From NCBI GenBank assembly GCA_016193465.1, contig JACPSE010000058.1, positions 97-64,096 of the forward strand: a stretch of 64,000 bases of DNA, given 5' to 3'. Position numbers and translations under genes: made by a program. Every line of letters starts with the position of its first letter. Position 1 is the first letter of the stretch. The DNA comes from Deltaproteobacteria bacterium (GTDB lineage: Bacteria; Desulfobacterota; Binatia; UBA9968). The notes beneath the pieces are model-generated. The model had not been told where the DNA came from. It saw only the letters and a program-made list of their open reading frames with translations, and did no database searches. Positions 59,801 through 64,000 of the stretch are shown piece after piece.

Positions 59801-59938
59801 TTGTCCCGAAGCGGCGCGGAGAATCTGGGATTCATCGGTATCCGGGAGCGAGTTGAGACTTTAAATGGAAAATTGCAAATCCAGTCGGCTCCCGGCCAAG
59901 GCACACAACTCTGCGTTACGATTCCTTTAGGGGAATAA
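56825..59938 (+). CDS. sensor histidine kinase (Cache-HAMP-PAS-GAF-GAF-HisKA_3-HATPase)
   Basis: Two TMs, PAS, two GAFs, EEARRIARELHDEAGQ, QEALNNVTKHA, DNGIGF. Confidence 0.95.
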   Translation: MKLRSHLIILVVAALLPVLIFASVIIAVFDKQQRATVENRLVDTTRALSLAVDREVAAWASTLQALGSSKHLDSGNLSAFRVEAARVLKTRKDWNNILLTDSESRQLLNLFLPLGSPLPSVGDLEQFQQVIKSSQPVASDLFLGRVSRKHLVGVAVPVVRNGKVRFVLASSTSPNSLLQILAQQDIPPEWLGTIIDRKGIIIARTRNIEKSTGNPAMSLRDAPSGDVQEGLGRGVTEDGTEVQVTFHRSALTGWTVRLAIPVSVLEAPLRRSLWFTVVGGLALLIVGIVLAIGFGQRIAKPITDLSLWAETLRGGERSRLKTSPIAEVNRLAQVLQDATVTRNRIEETLQEQSRLLDLYFKYALNPVVFLDRDFNFIRVNEAYARACQRDVNDFPGHNYFEFYPSDAKVIFEEVVKTKKPFQALARPFAFPDHPEWEVTYWDWTLVPILDSTGEVELFVFSLNDVTERKKAEKETQRRLESIRTLHAVAATANQSLDLEVVLNQSLERALEVLQLDAGQIYLTDPLTQTVRLRAHQGIGAESPQALSRRLGEGIMGQVANGEHAVSEDIQTDPYYLRLSGQERMPAAASRANVSTPIKARGKTIGVLNLASYQPRRFSSEELELATSIADVIGVAAENARLYEETKRSLERIRVLNEINLAISTSLDLQTVLDMLLEKTSLLIPHAASEIRLLNKETGILEPTACRNINEKEWKALKAGRGLVKIVLEAKAPLMVLNAPADPRSANPDFFRKEGLVSFLGVPLVAKEEPLGVLVILTREEHEFSAEEVELFSTLAAQAAIAIYNSQIYEQTRKQAKELLSSRQRLRALTARVISSREEEARRIARELHDEAGQLLASVYLAVDEISRQVQPPVKEDLQRVTWLLDQIEEQLRSLAHELRPTILDDLGLLPAIQSLAQRFSKRTGMDIALEEVPKRRLPPAIETALYRTVQEALNNVTKHAQATAVRVQIQQEDGMVRCLVLDNGIGFDVPAVLSRSGAENLGFIGIRERVETLNGKLQIQSAPGQGTQLCVTIPLGE

Positions 59939-59939
59939 C

Positions 59940-60590
59940 ATGAGAATCAGCACGCTTTTGGCCGATGACCACGTAATTGTCCGCGATGGGCTAAAGAACC
60001 TGCTGCTCCGCGAAGGATTTGATGTCATAGCCGAAGCGTCAGATGGCCAGGAGGCGGTACGGCTGGCAAAAGAGTTTCGTCCAGCCATAGCCGTTCTGGA
60101 CATTTTCATGCCCTTGCTAAACGGTCTCGACGCTGCTCGGCAAATCAACAAAATCTCTCCTCAGACAAAAACAATCCTTCTTACCATGTATAACGAGGAC
60201 CAGTACGTTTTGGAGGCTCTCAAGGCCGGGGTCTGCGGCTATGTCCTGAAAACCCAGGCAAGCCAGGATCTCGTACAGGCAATTCGGAAGGTCTCACAGG
60301 GATCTATCTACCTTAGTCCCGCTGTTACTGGTGCTGTCGTAAAAGCATATTTGGAACAGGGAGAACATCCCTCTGCTCCCTCTGCTCCCTCTGCTCCTCT
60401 AACCCCTCGTGAGCGGGAGGTTTTACAACTTGTGGCCGAGGGTAAAAGCACCAAAGAAATTGCCCAGATTCTTGAGATTGGCGTCAAGACAGCCGAGACC
60501 CACCGGACAAACGTCATGAAAAAGCTCGACATCCACGAGGCAGCCGGCCTCGTCCGCTACGCCATCCGTCACGGTTTGATCCAGCCATAG
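59940..60590 (+). CDS. NarL/LuxR-family response regulator
   Basis: LADDH, LDIFMP, LTPREREVLQLVAEG..KTAETHR; short PSAPSAPSAP linker expansion. Confidence 0.96.
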   Translation: MRISTLLADDHVIVRDGLKNLLLREGFDVIAEASDGQEAVRLAKEFRPAIAVLDIFMPLLNGLDAARQINKISPQTKTILLTMYNEDQYVLEALKAGVCGYVLKTQASQDLVQAIRKVSQGSIYLSPAVTGAVVKAYLEQGEHPSAPSAPSAPLTPREREVLQLVAEGKSTKEIAQILEIGVKTAETHRTNVMKKLDIHEAAGLVRYAIRHGLIQP

Positions 60591-60683
60591 ACAGGCGATA
60601 GGCATCAGGCAAGAGGCATTAGTTTTTGCCTTAAAAAACCCGCGCTTGTCTTCGGTTTGTTGCCAATGGCGGCCTGCTTTTAG

Positions 60684-60793
60684 CTAAGAAATTACAGAGG
60701 TGGAATACAGGGAGATATCGGGATAGGGATAATCCCGACTGTCGTAGGTGACGAGTGTCAAATGGAGTTCCAAACAGGCGGCGGCGATAAGCG
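60684..60793 (-). pseudogene. C-terminal remnant of a PIN/VapC toxin
   Basis: ALIAAACLELHLTLVTYDSRDYP matches the end of PIN domains; the N-terminal part is missing. Confidence 0.7.
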
Positions 60794-61018
60794 CGCGCGA
60801 AACCGTCCCAGGAAACGGTTCACGTCTGCTTGGGTTTTTAAGTCGGGATGATTGGTATCGGTCCAACAACCCGCCGATTCCTTCAGGGCCTTTTGAAACT
60901 TCATGGCCCGCAATCGTTCCTCGATAGCCTCGGCAATAAACTGGCTGCGTCGGCGGTTGGGCACGGTTCTCCTCAACTCTTCCATGAGAGAGTCCGAGAG
61001 GACGATCTGGGTTTTCAT
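60758..61018 (-). CDS. ribbon-helix-helix antitoxin (3' end altered by deletion)
   Basis: MKTQIVL..RRRSQFIAEAIEERL..AGCW....HPDL pattern of VapB-type antitoxins. Confidence 0.75.
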   Translation of the reverse strand: MKTQIVLSDSLMEELRRTVPNRRRSQFIAEAIEERLRAMKFQKALKESAGCWTDTNHPDLKTQADVNRFLGRFRARLSPPPVWNSI

Positions 61019-61127
61019 ATATCACCACCTGCTGTCAATATACTTGTATCGCTATGTTTATGGCTTGTCAAAGCAACTCAAAACTCAAATGACAGCTCTT
61101 TGGCGTCAGGTGTTTTTTCCGCCAATC

Positions 61128-61143
61128 TCAGGTACTTACCTGA
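61128..61143. promoter_or_regulatory. perfect 7-2-7 inverted repeat TCAGGTA-CT-TACCTGA, candidate response-regulator operator
   Basis: Palindrome in the intergenic region upstream of the REC-cheW-cheR operon. Confidence 0.5.
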
Positions 61144-61244
61144 TTGTCCCGCCTTTTTATCTCCTTTACCCTGTTTTGAGAATCTCCCCATCGGGATGCT
61201 ACTCCGCCTGACGGCTGAACCCTTTAAGCAAAGGATACTCTTCA

Positions 61245-61634
61245 ATGAGCACAACAATCCTGACTGCAGATGACGATCAAAGGTTTCTAGCGATTGTGAG
61301 GCGCTGCTTAGAGGAAGAGCCGGATCTCAGTCTGGTCGGGCAGGCAACGGACGGGGAGCAGGCCGTGCGCTTGGCCGGAGATCTCCAGCCCGACGTCGTG
61401 CTCATGGATCTATCTATGCCTCGTATGAACGGCTTGGAAGCCACGAGGCAAATCAAAGCCAGGCAACCCGATACCAAGGTCGTAATAGTGACCATGCACG
61501 ATGAGGAGCCATACCAGAAGGCGGCGGCGGAAAACGGCGCAGACTCATTTCTCTGCAAGAAGACTCTGCTGAAGAGCCTCATACCGACGATCCGGCAGGT
61601 TTTGGCAAAGGGGCTGAAGACAAAGGCGATGTGA
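61245..61634 (+). CDS. stand-alone receiver-domain response regulator
   Basis: TADDD, MDLSMP, VTMH, FLCK. Confidence 0.92.
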   Translation: MSTTILTADDDQRFLAIVRRCLEEEPDLSLVGQATDGEQAVRLAGDLQPDVVLMDLSMPRMNGLEATRQIKARQPDTKVVIVTMHDEEPYQKAAAENGADSFLCKKTLLKSLIPTIRQVLAKGLKTKAM

Positions 61635-61638
61635 AACA

Positions 61639-62097
61639 ATGAATTCGTATCATCTCGTTCTTTTTACCCTTGACGACCAGCGTTACGCGCTACATCTCTC
61701 TGCCGTCGAAAGAGCGGTGTGCGCGGTTGATGTCACTCCCCTGCCCAGAGCCCCGGAAATCGTGCTTGGCGTGATCAACGTACAGGGACGGATTGTTCCT
61801 GTTGTCAACATGCGCAAGCGATTCCGTTTGCCGGAACGAGATTTGAAGCTCAGCGATCAGATAGTTATAGCGCGGACGTCGAGGAGAACTGTAGCGCTGG
61901 TTGTCGATGCCGTGACCGGCGTCACGGAACTTTCAGAAAGGGAAATCGTTTCACCGGGAAAGATTGTCCCCGGCACACAGTATGTGGAGGGCGTCGTCAA
62001 ACTCGAAGACGGCTTGGTGCTTATCCATGACCTGAATCAATTTCTCTCTCTTGACGAAGAGAAGGCTCTAGATGTTTCGCTGGACGCCAATGGCTGA
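61639..62097 (+). CDS. cheW: CheW-family coupling protein
   Basis: VTPLPRAPEIVLGVINVQGRIVPVV, ALVVDAV. Confidence 0.95.
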   Translation: MNSYHLVLFTLDDQRYALHLSAVERAVCAVDVTPLPRAPEIVLGVINVQGRIVPVVNMRKRFRLPERDLKLSDQIVIARTSRRTVALVVDAVTGVTELSEREIVSPGKIVPGTQYVEGVVKLEDGLVLIHDLNQFLSLDEEKALDVSLDANG

Positions 62098-63652
62098 ACG
62101 CTTGTCTGAAACGCAGCTTGCTCAACTGAGCGAATTTGTCGCCGAGCGGATGGGCTTTTACTTTCCGCGAGAGCGCTGGCCGGACCTTGAGCGGGGCATG
62201 CGATCAGTTGCGCGCGCGTTCGACTTTGAAGACACGGAATCGTGCATTCGGTGGCTGGTTTCCTCGCCGGTGACCCAGAACCAGATCGAGACGCTAGCCA
62301 GCCATCTTACTGTCGGAGAGACCTATTTTTTCCGCGAGCGGCAGAGTTTCCAGATTCTCAAGGAGCGCGTCTTGCCAGAGTTGATTCGACAGCGTCGTGG
62401 CATGGATCAGCGCCTGAGAATTTGGAGCGCCGGCTGCTGCACGGGCGAAGAGCCGTATTCCATCGCCATCCTCCTCAGGGAGATCCTGCCGGACTTAAAG
62501 GATTGGCGGAACACCATCCTGGCTACCGATATCAATCCACATTTTCTCAAGAAGGCCGCTGAGGGGATATACGGCGAATGGTCTTTTCGCGGGGTGCCCC
62601 CGGGGACCAAGGATAGGCACTTCGCCAAAAAGCATGGCGACCGTTTCGAGATCCTCCCCGAGATCAGAAGAATGGTCACATTTTCCTATCTCAACTTGGC
62701 GGAAGATGCCTATCCGTCGCTTTTGAACAACACCAATGCGATGGATGTGATTTTCTGCCGCAATGTTCTGATGTACTTTGCGCCGGAGCGAGCGAAACAG
62801 GTTATTCGAAAGTTCCACCTTTCGCTGGTAGAGGGTGGCTGGTTGGTCGTGAGCCCCAGCGAGGCTTCCCAAATCCTCTATTCGCAGTTCGTTACCGTCA
62901 ACTTCCCCGACGTGATCTTATATAAAAAGGACAGTTATAAAGCGTCAGCTGGTGTGCCCTACGGGTTGGAAGAGAAGCCAGGGCCGTCTCTTCAGCCGGC
63001 TTTTGCTTTTTCTTTCGCCTCCCCACCCGACCCTGAGCCTGTTATTGCCGAGCCACAAGCAGAATTCGTCGTAACAGATGCCCAAGAACCAGACGTGGTC
63101 GAGACAGAGTCCGTTCCGTACGCCGAGACCTTGGGCCTTTACGAGCAGGGCCGCTACCAGGAAGCAGCCCAAATGCTCTCAGCACTACTGACAGAGGACC
63201 CAGGAAATGCCAAAGCGATGGCTCTTCTAGCGCGCGTTCATGCTAACCAAGGCAACCTCACGGAAGCCACCCGGTGGTGCGAAAAAGCCCTGGCTGCTGA
63301 CAAGTTGAACCCTGCCTACCACGTTCTCCATGCCACTATCCTCCAAGAACTGGGCTCCACCCAAGAGGCGGTCCGTGCCCTCCAGCGGGCGCTCTATCTC
63401 GACCAAAATTTAGTGCTGGCTCATTTTGCGCTTGGAAATATCGCCAGACAGCAAGGGAAATTCAAAGAAGCAACCAGGCATTTTGAGAACGCACGCATAC
63501 TGCTAGGCGCCTATGCCCAGGAGGAGATCCTGCCAGAATCTGAGGGCATGACTGCCGGGAGGCTGAGGGAGATCATGCGATCAACAAACGGAACCCAGGT
63601 GTCAGCAATCAGCAGAGAGCAAAGTTTTCCACGGCAAACGCTAAAAAAATAA
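62090..63652 (+). CDS. cheR: CheR methyltransferase with C-terminal TPR repeats (WspC-like)
   Basis: VGETYFFR, IWSAGCCTGEEPYS, ATDI, FCRNVLMYF; TPR with ALYLD. Confidence 0.95.
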   Translation: MAERLSETQLAQLSEFVAERMGFYFPRERWPDLERGMRSVARAFDFEDTESCIRWLVSSPVTQNQIETLASHLTVGETYFFRERQSFQILKERVLPELIRQRRGMDQRLRIWSAGCCTGEEPYSIAILLREILPDLKDWRNTILATDINPHFLKKAAEGIYGEWSFRGVPPGTKDRHFAKKHGDRFEILPEIRRMVTFSYLNLAEDAYPSLLNNTNAMDVIFCRNVLMYFAPERAKQVIRKFHLSLVEGGWLVVSPSEASQILYSQFVTVNFPDVILYKKDSYKASAGVPYGLEEKPGPSLQPAFAFSFASPPDPEPVIAEPQAEFVVTDAQEPDVVETESVPYAETLGLYEQGRYQEAAQMLSALLTEDPGNAKAMALLARVHANQGNLTEATRWCEKALAADKLNPAYHVLHATILQELGSTQEAVRALQRALYLDQNLVLAHFALGNIARQQGKFKEATRHFENARILLGAYAQEEILPESEGMTAGRLREIMRSTNGTQVSAISREQSFPRQTLKK

Positions 63653-63682
63653 TATCGAAGGGCTCATAAAAGAAGGCCCGAG

Positions 63683-64000
63683 ATGAAGGATAAAGAGGAA
63701 GAGAAGAAAATACTCAAGGCAAGGGCGAAAGAACTCGCGCGCGAGGCAAGGGAGGAGAAAACCCTCGAACAATCCATGGAGATTGTCGAGTTCCTCCTGG
63801 CCTCCGAAAAGTATGGCGTTGAGTCTTCCTATGTGCGTGAGATCTATCCGCTGAAAGAACTCACGCCTGTGCCGTGCACGCCTTCTTTTGTGCTCGGCAT
63901 CATCAACGTGCGGGGACAAATCCTCTCGGTGATCGACATTAAAAAGTTCTTTGATCTTCCCGAAAAGGGGCTGACTGACCTCAATAAGGTCATCATCCTT
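63683..64000 (+). CDS. cheW: second CheW-family protein (WspD-like), truncated by the window end
   Basis: Manual translation MKDKEEEKKILKARAKELAR..VEFLLASEKYGVE..LTPVPCTPSFVLGIINVRGQILSVID. Confidence 0.92.
   Translation, partial: MKDKEEEKKILKARAKELAREAREEKTLEQSMEIVEFLLASEKYGVESSYVREIYPLKELTPVPCTPSFVLGIINVRGQILSVIDIKKFFDLPEKGLTDLNKVIIL

Noticed and set aside
60368-60398. CCCTCTGCT x3 repeat in the response regulator
   Set aside because: In-frame linker expansion (PSAPSAPSAP) with no evident regulatory consequence.
56541-64000. tRNA-anchored integrative island
   Set aside because: No integrase and no repeat of the tRNA 3' end within the window.

Overview
A bacterial chromosome segment. Its gene content resembles a Deltaproteobacteria-like lineage such as Candidatus Binatia; this is inference only. 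The backbone is housekeeping: leuCD, truA, asd, leuB, leuA, pssA, psd, ilvC/ilvN/ilvB, tsaB, rseP-dxr-cdsA-uppS-frr-pyrH-tsf-rpsB, rho, rluD, ribF, tol-pal, pgk-tpiA-secG and tRNA-Leu(GAG). Small accessory islets interrupt it (toxin-antitoxin modules, a Tat-less reductive dehalogenase-like gene, an amidohydrolase), and signalling regions flank it (orphan histidine kinases, a NarX/NarL-type pair, a Wsp-like chemosensory cluster). Main observations: (1) an operon of a CstA-family transporter, two paralogous small hydrophobic proteins and two cysteine-free Get3/ArsA ATPases whose catalytic motifs are degenerate in complementary ways, one carrying a natural switch-I Asp->Asn change; (2) an in-frame UGA in an otherwise full-length ilvC, a possible selenocysteine codon; (3) a synonymous-variant duplicate of the asd 3' end bracketing a TA islet; (4) a run of Leu codons plus a terminator before leuA; (5) a G8-tract frameshift in a duplicated secreted-protein gene; (6) many intergenic palindromes built from short tandem repeats. 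No CRISPR array, rRNA, integrase or transposase was seen.
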